Assembly (NCBI GenBank): GCA_964016885.1
Contig: OZ024742.1
Span: 220,038,001-220,102,000, forward strand
Origin: Eledone cirrhosa
Taxonomy: Eukaryota
Direction of reading: 5' to 3'
DNA length: 64,000 nt
Part shown: positions 52,922-64,000 of the stretch, one piece after another
Position numbering within the stretch: the stretch's first letter is position 1
Layout of the letters: each line of letters begins with the position of its first letter
Notes under the pieces: generated by a model
What the model was told of the DNA's origin: nothing
The model's database searches: none
The model's input: only the letters and a program-made list of their open reading frames with translations
Translations under genes and position numbers: made by a program

Positions 52922-52964
52922 ACACTCTTGATGAAAGATAATGACCCAGAAACATGTTGATTGT
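52922..52964 (+). ncRNA. degenerate minimal hammerhead motif
   Basis: ACACTC-TTGATGA-AAGATAATGACCCA-GAAA-CATG-TT-GATTGT; core C3 and several stem pairs mutated. Confidence 0.35.
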
Positions 52965-53078
52965 TCCTCGGTGCTACTATTGAACAAATGGATGGCAATT
53001 GGTCATCAAGGCACAGGATAGCTTAGTCAGGCCATTTGCTTGCAAATGAATCGGTATAACCCATAAGTACAATATGTG

Positions 53079-53423
53079 TCATCATCATCATTCATTTCAT
53101 TTCACGTCCGCTTTTTCCCTGCTTGCAAGGGTGGGACGGGAACTGATTCTGGCTTGATTTCTACAGCTGGATGCCCTTCCTAACACCAACCTCATTTACA
53201 GTGAGTGCTGGGTGCTTTTTTGCCGTGGCACCTTCACGACCAGTTGGCAGTGGAATAATATGGACCCCAGTCCCTATCATCTCATTTCTACAACTGAGTA
53301 AACTGGAGCAATGTGAAATAAAGTGTCTTGCTCAAGGAAACAACACATCACCCGGTCTGAGAATTGAACTCACAACCTTTCGATTGCAAGGCCAATGCTC
53401 TAACCACTAAGCCATGTGCCTCC
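53079..53423 (-). mobile_element. SINE A
   Basis: Full-length match; (TA)n next to the 5' end. Confidence 0.9.
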
Positions 53424-55645
53424 ACATGTATATATATATATATATATATGTGTGTGTATGTGTGTGTGTGTGTGTGCATGTGTGTATGTATGCATACTTA
53501 CATATATGAGTTTAAGTTTGTTTGTCATTGCAGCAATTGAACATATTTCCAGTCAATATACATTTGATATCTAATTTAATTTAGTATGTGCAGATGAAAA
53601 ATTACTTATTGATTGTCTCATAATACAACAATTGGTACACAAGGATAATCTAAAAATTATTAGCCTTGAGAGTATTTCATTTTAACCTTTCAACATTCAT
53701 CATATTTTATGCCTACTTTTCCATACTAGCATATGTTAGATGGGTCCTTTCCAGTACAGCCTCCCTCCACTTGTGTTTCTTTGTCACCTCCTTTGGGAGA
53801 TTCAGCATCCTCTGTTAGGGGTTTGTCTGTTTTCCTCTACAGCAGCTTCCTTCCACTAGCATCTCCTGACACTTAAAGTGTCTCTAAGGTTACTAAAGTA
53901 CCAAACCTATACAGGATTTGATTTAATCAACTACATTTCTCTCTTTCAGATTTTTTACTTTTGGCCAATTTGAGAAATCATCAATTAACAATATCACTTT
54001 GTTGAAGACCGATTCTTTAGATGCTGTATTCTTGAAATAATGTTAATTCTATCAAAGTATACTTTAAATGTTGTTAGAATTCAGTGAAGAAAACAGAATT
54101 CTGTTACTGTGGAAACAGAAAAAGGACATTGTAAGTGAGAGGTGCTGATCTCCCAAATAAAATATGATCTAGGAAGCATTAATAATCTCACATTAATTAT
54201 AAACTATAAGAAAAGTAAAAGGGTGTCAATCAACAGTAAATTCAATTAACAAAAAAATATCTCAGGAATTCAATATGAAGAAATGGTCAGGAGCAAAGCA
54301 TTCGTGTCATGGCCCTGTTTCAACTCATCCTTTGACCACTGCCACCACCACTGCCACTACCACTACTATCATCTCCACTGACCACCACCACCACCACCAC
54401 CACCAGCACTATTTTGTAGACTTAATAAAATGATGTGAAGAAAATAGCCTAGTACAATATATAAATATGAAGTGCAAATGAATGTTATTAAGAGGTTCAT
54501 AAACTAGATTGATTAATATTCTGTGTAAATTAATTAAAGTTCATTGTTGAAGTAATATGGTAAATTACAGAGGAGTTTACTGATTGTTGTGGAAATATGA
54601 TAGTCTGCAGTTGGTTGTTAGTGAGAGGTTCTGATCCTAATCATAGTTAACATATTCACACAAACCATGGAGGGAACTTCTAGCACAACCCAAGGAAGAA
54701 TCTTCTATCTAGTCCTTCAATATGCTAGAAAGAGTAGCCAAATCTCCCTAAAATCGTGCCTTGCCATCTTTATCAGCATCGCAATAATCATTGCTTTTGT
54801 ATCTCCTTTTCTATGATTATGATTATGATGATGATGACATGATATGATTTGAGAGAAATTTTGCTGTTATTTTTAACATGTTGAGGGACCAAATGACATT
54901 TCACTCTTCGGTTTGTGTTAGATGCTCTTTGTCTTAAAAAATGAAGGACACATTGGATAATGTAGCTCTATATAATGCTATATCTGAAAAGAAAAGTGGA
55001 GACAGTTACAGCTGGAAATTCCTTGGACCTTGGTTTGCTGACTTGTCCATTTGACACCAAACAACAAAGCAACACATATATATCAATACTGAGAATAGCA
55101 CGAGCAGGTTAGTAGAGACTAAGTACTTTAACTTTTTAATTACCATATTTCTAATGAAAGACTGCTTATAATTATAATTTTGAAAATAATCAACAATTTG
55201 GAGATTTATTAATATAACTAACTTTCTAATTATTAACTTGGTGTTTGAAGCACAGCTTAAATATTCTTAGAAAAAATTATGATAGAAGGTTTTTAGATAG
55301 ATATAAGCAGTTTTATATTGTAGAATAAGGAGTGGTTTCAGGTAATTTGGTATCAAAAGTGTTAAGTTTGAGAAGCATTTCTCAAACTTTAAGTTTGAGA
55401 AGTACTCCTCACACTGTCATCAAACTTACAAATACCATGTCACTCACATTAACTAACAGATATCAAACTAGCTAGCATTAATGAACAGATATTAGGCAGA
55501 TTCGGTGAGATAGAAGAAATGAGAAAAGCAGAAACTTTTTGTGCCAGACCGTCATGACATGTGGTGAAAGAATTTTTTTTTAATTTAAGTTTTTCTGAGG
55601 CATTGAGGTTTATTAATTCAGAGCTTATCCTAGTTTTATGAGGTA

Positions 55646-56102
55646 CTAGACCACCCATGACCCATTGGGTCACGGTTGCTTCAAAATATTTTTTTTAAAT
55701 CATGTACGCTTAAAAATAAATTTTAAATAATAAAAATATACACAGACATGTATATAATGTGAAATGAAACTAAAAGGCCCATATATATAGGTATGTGTAT
55801 GTATATATCTGTATATCTCTATATATATAAAATTAAGTATGTGTGTCTATAGGGGCCTAAATTAAGTATGTGTGCCTATAGGGGCCTACATCTTATGACC
55901 GATTTTCATGAAACTTTACAGGCTCATAGATTAGTCATCGGGAACCTGTTGTCCGATTTACGCGAAACTTGTTTTATTCCATTTGTATTCTCATTTCAGG
56001 GGCAACTTCCTCTCAAAGTATTTTCCCATTATGTGCCCTTTTGGCTGTATTACATAGACAAGCAAGGAAGCAAGCAATCACAGGCTTTTAGTAATATATA
56101 GA
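55646..56102 (-). mobile_element. non-autonomous Helitron-like element
   Basis: Minus strand starts A|TCTATATATT and ends with the hairpin TGACCCAATGGGTCA followed by CTAG|T; A-T insertion site and no TSD. Confidence 0.72.
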
Positions 56103-57079
56103 TTAAGTGACTGAGCGCACAAGACTACCATCTGGACAGGACACAAACCTATTGCAAGGTTAACCTCCAGTTGTAGCTGGAACTCATTTTCAGCTGTGTA
56201 AACTGGAACAATGTGAAATGTGAGTCAAACAGCCTAACCATTAGGTCATTACCTTCACATAGGAAGAAGAAACTACAACTCCTGGATTACCATGTAGGAA
56301 GTTGTTTCAAAATTTCAAGTTATTTCACTTTTGGCTGGACATTTTGTCTGAATGCTTGTAACAAAATGAATTCTGCTAAAAGCAAAGTTGACTTTGGCAG
56401 AATTTAAAATCAGAGCTCAAACTGGAACAAATAGTACAAGAAATATTGTCCTATACTCTAACAATAATCAATTTGCAACTGTGTTAGGTTTGCAAGAGAT
56501 AAATGTGGGGATTAAAAGGAATAGAAATTTAGATAGAACAGGTTGGTTTCCGAGATTTAAAATCAAATTGCAAAGAGCTGGAATAAATATTTTTTTAAAT
56601 TAGTTTTTTTTTGTCTAACATACAAAGGTTCCTTCTAATTCATTGCTTTCGTTTGGGGTATTAGGTTAGTTAAACAAATAATTAAGTTAGTGGAGATGGT
56701 CTCAGCAAAGGAAGTAGAGGATAAAATTAGCTTTGATGAGAGTGTGGGTTTTTACTAAATCTGAAACCATAGATGCCAATTTTCTGATGAGAAGATAAAG
56801 AATTGAGAAAACGATAAACAACCCTACCATACATTTGTGGACTTATAGGGGACTTTTGAGATGGTTCTATAATGTACTTTCTTAGGGAATGAAAAATCTA
56901 AATTCAGTCAAATGTCTGATGCAATCAGTTCAATCCAAATACGAGAGTGCTAATTTCAAAAAGAAGATACTTCCTGAGGCTTTGTCTTCACAGCTCTTCT
57001 CTTCAATCTAATCCTAATTGATTTCAGCATTAGATACCCATAGAAACTTTTGTAATGTTAATATTTTGATTTTCATTTA

Positions 57080-57450
57080 AGAGGCTGGAGAGAAATGAAA
57101 CTACCATGCTTCATTGGATGTACAATGTAAATATGAGAGAAAAGCAGAGCCTGGATGAACTGAAAGAGAAATTGGATTTAAGAGGAATCTGAGGTGGTGT
57201 GCAAGAGTAAAGACTGTTCGGTATGGACATATAATGCACATGGATGATGATCGTTGGGTGAAGAAAGGAAAAGAAAGCTGCAGCAGAGGTAGACTAATGA
57301 AGACCTGAGTGGAGGTGGTGAGAGCTGATCTCAAATCACTGAGACTCACAGAGGAGATGATGAAGGAATGTAATGAGTGGGAGATTGTGTGCTGAAAATG
57401 ACCCCTCCAACCTATTTGAGTATGGAAAAACGAATGTAAAATTGATGATG
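57080..57450 (+). mobile_element. decayed RTE-PHD LINE 3' fragment
   Basis: RLERNE...YGHIMHMDDDRWVKK segment plus tail. Confidence 0.75.
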
Positions 57451-57955
57451 AATTTATTGAAGAATTCAGATATTTAAACCTTGGAAGTGTCAAGATGATG
57501 CAAGCAGTTTGAAAGCTAAAAAAACTAAGCAGCAGCAAAGAAATATTCAACAGCATGAAAAACATTCAAAACTATGTAGCCAGCCTCAGGTTCACTGATA
57601 GAGCAACAGGGTTTCAAACCATAGATACTCCATATGTATTACAGTAACTGATAAAAACTGAAAATCAGAGTCTGCTCAAATAGCTATTATTTACTAGAAT
57701 CAGTAAATAAAATGTGGTATCTAGATGATATAATTAGTTACTAGAATCAAACCATGATGGCATCTCTGTATAGTTTGCTCAGCAACCATGTGGTTCTGAT
57801 TTTAATCCCATGGTTTGACACCTTGTGTAAATGTTTTCAACTGTAGTCTCAGGTTAACCAAAGTTTTATGAGTGAAATATGGTCAATGGAAACTGTGTGG
57901 AAGCCAGTCACACACACACCCACACACTCACATATATATATATATATATACACTT

Positions 57956-58771
57956 ATTTTGTTTGACCTGTTTAGCTTGTTCGCTTTTTTGGCTATGGTG
58001 GCTATGGCTTCTTAACCATCGTCTCAGCATGTATGACAATTTTAACTTATGTTTATAGCTCTGCTATCCTCTTCATATGCATGGAGCACTTGTCTGCACA
58101 TTATTGAAGCTGCGTTTTGCTAATTTCTACCCGCCGAAATGCAATTCTCACTAAATTATATCTGTATTAATCTCCCAAGTCAAGCGATTAACCAATTAAT
58201 TTTTTTGGCATTTTGGTTAATTCTATTGACCGATTAATCGCTTAAGTTTATTTTAAAAACAACTCGGTAGAGAGCTTATTCGTTTTGTGCGGTTTTTGCA
58301 AATGTTTGCAATAACTACACATGCTGAATTCACTGGCCAAAATAGGGGTTTCCTCCCCTTAGAATCTCACGTGTGCTTTCACAACCTGAGAGATTCCGTC
58401 GAAAAATGAACAAAAACCCATTGAGAAAGTGATGCCTTGTTCGATCATTATACCAAAAGCTTATTTTTATTTTTATAAGCAGACAGTATTATTGATTTAG
58501 GTGTTGCAGAAACCCAAATTTCGGAGTATTACATCTTCCCCGAGGGTCCGGGTAATTATTTCAATCATATCTCATTTTGTTTGACCCGTTTAGCTTGTTC
58601 GCTTTTTTGGCTATGGTAGCTATGGCTTCTTAACCATCGTCTCAGCGTGTATGACCATTTTAACTTATGTTTATAGCTCTGCTATCCTCTTCATATGCAT
58701 GGAGCACATTATTGAAGTTGTGTTTCGCTAATTTCTACCCGCCGAAATGCGATTCTCGCTAAATTATATCT
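57956..58771. repeat. about 200-bp direct repeats (57956-58163, 58574-58771) around an about 410-bp spacer, embedded in (TA)n
   Basis: Directly visible high-identity repeat pair. Confidence 0.85.
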
Positions 58772-58786
58772 ATATATCTATATACA

Positions 58787-58846
<60 letters not shown>

Positions 58847-60029
58847 AAAAGTGTACATAGAAATAATGATAATGAAGATTCCTCTTGCTATGTAAAGTAG
58901 TGGACACTATATGAAGCATATGTAAGATTATAAGAAATAAACTGGTAGTAATATTTAGACATTATCACTAGAGGAAAAGGACATCACACCACAGAGTATA
59001 TAAATTCATTGATTCTAGAAAAGACAGTATTTCTAGCCTTGCTGTAAAATAATTTTTTAGTTAGAACCACTAGTAAGAATATGTGGGTCTAATGAATGAC
59101 TTATGGCAGTTTCTATACAGTTGTAATTAGAACCACAACTGTTCTCTCAATCAGACTGGAGTTATTTTCAGAGTGGAGACCTGACCTAAATTCTTACAAT
59201 AGAGGTTATAATGCCAAAACTGTTTTAAAACAAAATAAGAAATACTTATAGAATTCAGGCATTATATAATGTACATCATCAAATCTGGATATTGGTTCTA
59301 ACTTCAATGTTAGCTAATGTGGTCTGATAGAGAAAAATCACAATTCCTCTGTAGTTTCACCAAGACATTCTGTTGGGGTTATTGTAGGAGTTATCCAATC
59401 TAATCTAATCCAGGGCCTTCTCACTCCTATTGGAGGAGCCCCTCCCTGGTTGAAGTCTACCATTTTCTTTGGTTTTGGTCATGTCAGGGGTATAGCTGTA
59501 CTCACTACAATTGGCCAATTGCAGGTTGGTGAGGCCACTTAAACCACAGTTGGGGTGGATGGTCATCGACTCTGAGGCGTTTATCTGTCCTTTTGTGATG
59601 CTGGGGTTCCACTGCCCCTACCCCACCAGACTTTGAGGATTTAATTTTTAGCCAAATTACGACCAGGAACTGGTGGGAGAGTTTGGTTTGGCACTGAACA
59701 CTCGACCATGAAGCGGGTTGGAATGGGTTACATGGTACCAGTAGCAGGCAGAAGACTGACCTGTTATAAACATCAAAATTGTACTAGAGAAATACAAGAA
59801 ATACTTTTGTATGAAAGAAATGCAGAAGTGACTGGGAAAAGGGTTGGAATGAGAAGTTGTATATGCCTATGTTAACTTATGAGGAAATGGTTTGAGGAAA
59901 TAGATGACGGGTAAAAGGATAATACACACTATATTTTAAAGGTTGGGTCAGGCAAAAATTGACAATTGAGAATATCAGTATGTACAGAATTGAAAATGTG
60001 ATGATCATCACCATTATAATCATCATCAC

Positions 60030-60200
60030 TGTTTAACGTCCATTTTTCCATGCTTGCATGGGCTAGATGGATCGTCTGCATCGAGAGACAAGTCTGACTA
60101 GGATTGGCCATGCCACACCTTGCTCTTATGAGACTCTAAATTTGGCCAGGGTTTTTACAGCTGGATGCCCTTCCTAACACCAACCTCATTTACAGTGTGG
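60030..60200 (-). mobile_element. RTE-tail-derived short element
   Basis: TTTAACGTCCATTTTTCCATGCTTGCATGGG..CTGGATGCCCTTCCTAACACCAACC. Confidence 0.7.
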
Positions 60201-60299
60201 AACATAGATGAAAAGAAAAAAGAAAGAAAGAAGCAAGTATACTTTAATAATGTGTTTTGTTGTAAAAGAAAATAAAGCAGATGTGACACCATTATGATA

Positions 60300-60471
60300 G
60301 TATCGGTAGAGGGTCGGACGCCATGCTTTGACGCATAGAGTTACGGCCCTTGCCATTCTGAGTTCAAATCCCGCCGAGGTTAACTTTGCCTTTCATCCTT
60401 ATGGGGTCAATAAAATAAAAGTACCAGTAATACACTGGGTAATTGCTGGCCTTGTGCCAAAAGTAGAAACA
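60300..60471 (+). mobile_element. SINE B, slightly 5'-truncated
   Basis: TSD ATTATGATA at 60291-60299 and 60472-60480. Confidence 0.88.
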
Positions 60472-61505
60472 ATTATGATAATGATGTAATTTGTGAAAAT
60501 AGAAGAATGATCCTTGCAAGATGTTAGAGTGAATTGACCTGACTATAGCATTAGTTATCATGTTACTGCGCAAACTTCAAAAATGGTCAAAAACAAAACC
60601 CACACTACAACCAAATCTGCTACAATTTCACTTTGATGAATTAATTTTTAGCAAAATTGCAAGCATCATATTTATAGCAAGGTTGCATATTTGAGGGATG
60701 CGTGTATTGTCTATTGAATTTACCTTAGTGTATAACTGGAGTTTATTTTATCAATCCCTGTTGGATGAAAAGCAAAGTAAACCATAGAGAGATTTCAACT
60801 TTGTAAATGAAAAGATGTAACTAAATATTTGTCCAGCATGCTAAGGATTCTACTACTACCAGAGCAGCTGTTGGTGTTGTTTATCTTATATATTGGCACA
60901 CAAAAGACATATTTGTAATGTGGAGAGATAAAGTAACTAAACATTTGTCCAGTGCTCTACTGATTTTACTACTATCACAGCAGCTCTTACTACCTCTATC
61001 ATATGTCATATTAATACACAGGTCATATATTTATAATAGAGAAATATAAAAATCAATGGAATTGTCCTAGTATGGTTATGCATGCTATTTATTTTATCAA
61101 TCCCAGATGGGATTAAAGGTAAATTCAACCTCGTAAAATTGGAATTGAATACGCAGAAGGAAATGAGTAAAGGTTGTTCTTCCATTGTGATCCTCATTTA
61201 TTTAACATCAAGACCTATTTTGGTAAATCAATAATCCTTTGTGATCCTATTTTAAATATATTCCATTGGGGACTCCTTAACACTTAATGTTTCTCAGAGA
61301 AATATTCCATAGTTTTTGTTTGCAGTAAATGTTGAGTTATGGCCTTGGGATTATTGTATAACATTTTCGCATTCTATCAAATACTTCAAAAACAAAATAA
61401 CTTATCTTTGCAACTTTTTCGGAATTAGAACATGATGTACAGGTTGGAAACTACAGTTTTACTATTCCTGTCATATCTTAAATAATAATTGTTTCTTTTA
61501 TCTTA

Positions 61506-61556
<51 letters not shown>

Positions 61557-61557
<1 letters not shown>

Positions 61558-64000
61558 GTTTCTTTATTGGCCACAAGGGCTAACATGGAGAAAAACATTA
61601 CAGACGGCACAGAACAGTACAGGAAGATACAAAGTAGGTTTTGGTCGTGTAAACAGGTTATAACAAGATAGAAATCGGGATAGAAATTTAAAAAAATTCA
61701 AACAATAAAAATTCCCCAAAAAGGGGGAAACCTCCGAGGGTCACTCGTGGCGAAAACCAAATAAAAGACCACGGCAACCCTGACCAACAGGGCAAGCGCC
61801 CTCTCTCAGTTTTCCACTCCTCAGTTTACAGGCGCATACTCAGAGTGGGCCCATTCACTCGGACCAGACTCGCCAATTTCACCCACCTTACAACAAACTT
61901 ACTAGAAGACAACACTTGCCTCTCCACCCTGATTTTCCTCTTCAAGTGAAACTTGAAAAGTTAATCAGAGATTGGCCGGAGAGGAAAGTGTCCGTCTTCA
62001 ATCCTTTCAACCTTGTCCACCACACAATCTCTTTCGCCATGGCCCCAGGCAGATGAAAACTGCCTGCCCTTCCTCCTCTTTAAAGGAGGATGGTGGGGCT
62101 ATCTGCACAATGGACTCAGTTGATAACTGGATCTGTCCTATACGCAACAGCAGCTGTTTGACATAGCTCCACAAGTCAGCAATACTTGGGCACTGAACGA
62201 TTGCATGCAGGACGGTTTTGTTGCCTTGCGCGCATCTCGGACAGGCTCGGCTGACAGCACCTCCGTGTAGAGCTTATCCGAACCGGCAACGTTCCCCGGT
62301 AGCACTGCCAGGCCAGGGATTTCTGGAAGTTGTCCATAGGCCCCAGGCTGAAAGTTCACTTGAAGAGAGCGAACAGCTGATCGTCTTCGACGCCCAGGGT
62401 CTCCCCGAGAACGTTGTTGCTCTTTTCCTCCACTAGCCCTCTATAGAATGCCGAAGTGGATATTCCACCAATACTAGTGGCCAGCTGATGGAGGGTGGTG
62501 AGCTCTTGGAGACACTCCATCTTCCAAGCGCTATCCCTCGGTCTTTTCCTGATCCAGGACTGCTGCCCCGCCAAGAAGACGAGCTGGGGAGAAGCGCGTC
62601 TGGTAAACGGCGACCACACCTGTTCACCATCAAGGAAACACCAGAGATGTCGCAGCCTCAGTACATGTTTGCGCATCATCAGCCATGGCATGCCTAGTCC
62701 TCCACGCAAAGAGTGTTGACAGCAAATGGATCATCTGACCATGGGAGCACGTCCCTTCCACAAAAATCGGAAGAGAAGGCGCTCCATTTTGGTCAGAGTT
62801 GGGCAGGGATGGTATGACAGTCAGGCGGTAGTAGATAACGGACGTGATGTACGCCTTTGCCACCTCCGCCGTCCATTCAGAGACAGCCTCCTCTCAGCCC
62901 ATTTCTGGGTGAGAGAGGCCACCCTGCTCATCACCTCGCTCCAGTTTTTCTCCATCTGGAGGTCCGGATCAAACCAGACCCTGAGCAATTTAACCGGTCC
63001 TTCTGTCCAGCGCCCCATGGCATGGACTTTCCTCTCCAGGTGTCGAGTTGCAAGCCCTGATTTATTTTTCCTCCTGTCACAGCTTCGTATTCTATGAGAG
63101 GGTGCCAAGCATCTGGACGTGTTTGGTGCTCGACACCACCATGGTGATGTCGTCGGCATAAGCTGACACGGATCTCCCACATCCCAGTTCATGTGGGACC
63201 CCCCTCATTGTCTCCAATTTGTGCAGTAACGGCTCAAGGGCCAGTACGTACAAGAGGGATGAGAGGGGGCAACGCTGGCGGACCGAGCGCATGATGCTGA
63301 AAGGCTGCGACAGGTGACCATTCACCCTCACAATTGAGCAGATGTTGCTGTGCATCGCAGCGTACCAACCCCTAAAAATGTCCTGAAGCTGGCCACCTCG
63401 AGGACCGCAGCCAGGTACCGATGCTCGACCCTATCAAATGCTTTAGATTGATCCAAGTTGATCAGGGCCCCACCCATGCCACCCTCTCTATGATGTATCG
63501 CATGAGATGGAGGTTGTCGTGGATGGATCTGTCCGGAATGGCGCATGTCTGTGCCTCTCCCACCAGATCACCAATGACAAGCGCCAATCTCTTTGCTAAC
63601 ACGTTGGCCAAAATCTTAAACTCTGCATTTAGCAGAGTTATGGGCCTGAAGTTGTCTATAACATCCCCCTTGTTCGGGTCTTTTCTCAGCAGCGACACCA
63701 CTCACCAGCTCACAAAACTGGGAATGCTCCTGTTCTGCTGCCAGTTGCAGTAGACATCTGCCAAGAGGTCACCGAACAAGTCTGGCATATATGCATAAAG
63801 CTCGTAGGGCAGACCATCCAAACCTGGCGATTTACCCCTTGTGCAGTTGGGTATCACTTCCTGTATTTCACCTGCTGTTATCGGCTTTTCGCAGCACTGC
63901 ACTGCGATCGTCGAGAGCCGCGGCAGTCCATCGAGGTATGCACTGAAGTCCATACTCCGATCCAGCCCACCGCCGCTCCCGAACAATTGAGCAAAGTGCT
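61557..64000 (-). mobile_element. Tx1/L1-like LINE ORF2 (RT plus CCHC knuckle), frameshifted, runs off the window end
   Basis: GKSPGLDGLPYELY, NFRPITLLNAEFKILA, LDQSKAFDRVEH, VRQRCPLSSLLY, AYADD and CPRC-x8-H-x4-C; 3' end AATAAAGAAACC(ATT)n. Confidence 0.9.

Noticed and set aside
56783-56820. CTGATGA...GAAA hammerhead-like boxes (similar isolated boxes at 17110, 17808, 38300)
   Set aside because: No pairing stems I, II or III around the boxes.

Overview
Eukaryotic, AT-rich, repeat-dominated DNA with abundant (TA)n, (CA)n and (GAT)n microsatellites. The repeat content suggests an octopod cephalopod genome (inference). No complete cellular gene is visible; the only candidate host feature is a possible first coding exon with 5'UTR on the minus strand at about 24.0-25.7 kb, inside a transposon-poor stretch. 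Most ORF-track entries come from retroelement fragments or simple repeats. Elements found: (1) an RTE-clade LINE family whose reverse transcriptase carries an in-frame C4HC3 (PHD-like) finger, with a partner tRNA-derived SINE sharing its (GAT)n 3' tail, both mostly inside (TA)n tracts; (2) a Tx1/L1-like LINE and a second SINE family sharing a 3' tail and an ATTAT target site; (3) a Penelope-like GIY-YIG fragment and five minimal type I hammerhead-ribozyme-like motifs in two clusters; (4) a HERO-like RLE LINE relic, Expander-like RTE relics, two Helitron-like elements, hAT and TTAA MITEs, a 42-bp minisatellite and a 262-bp near-perfect palindrome. Everything was read by eye. Boundaries of degenerate elements are approximate, and family names come from recalled motifs, not database searches.
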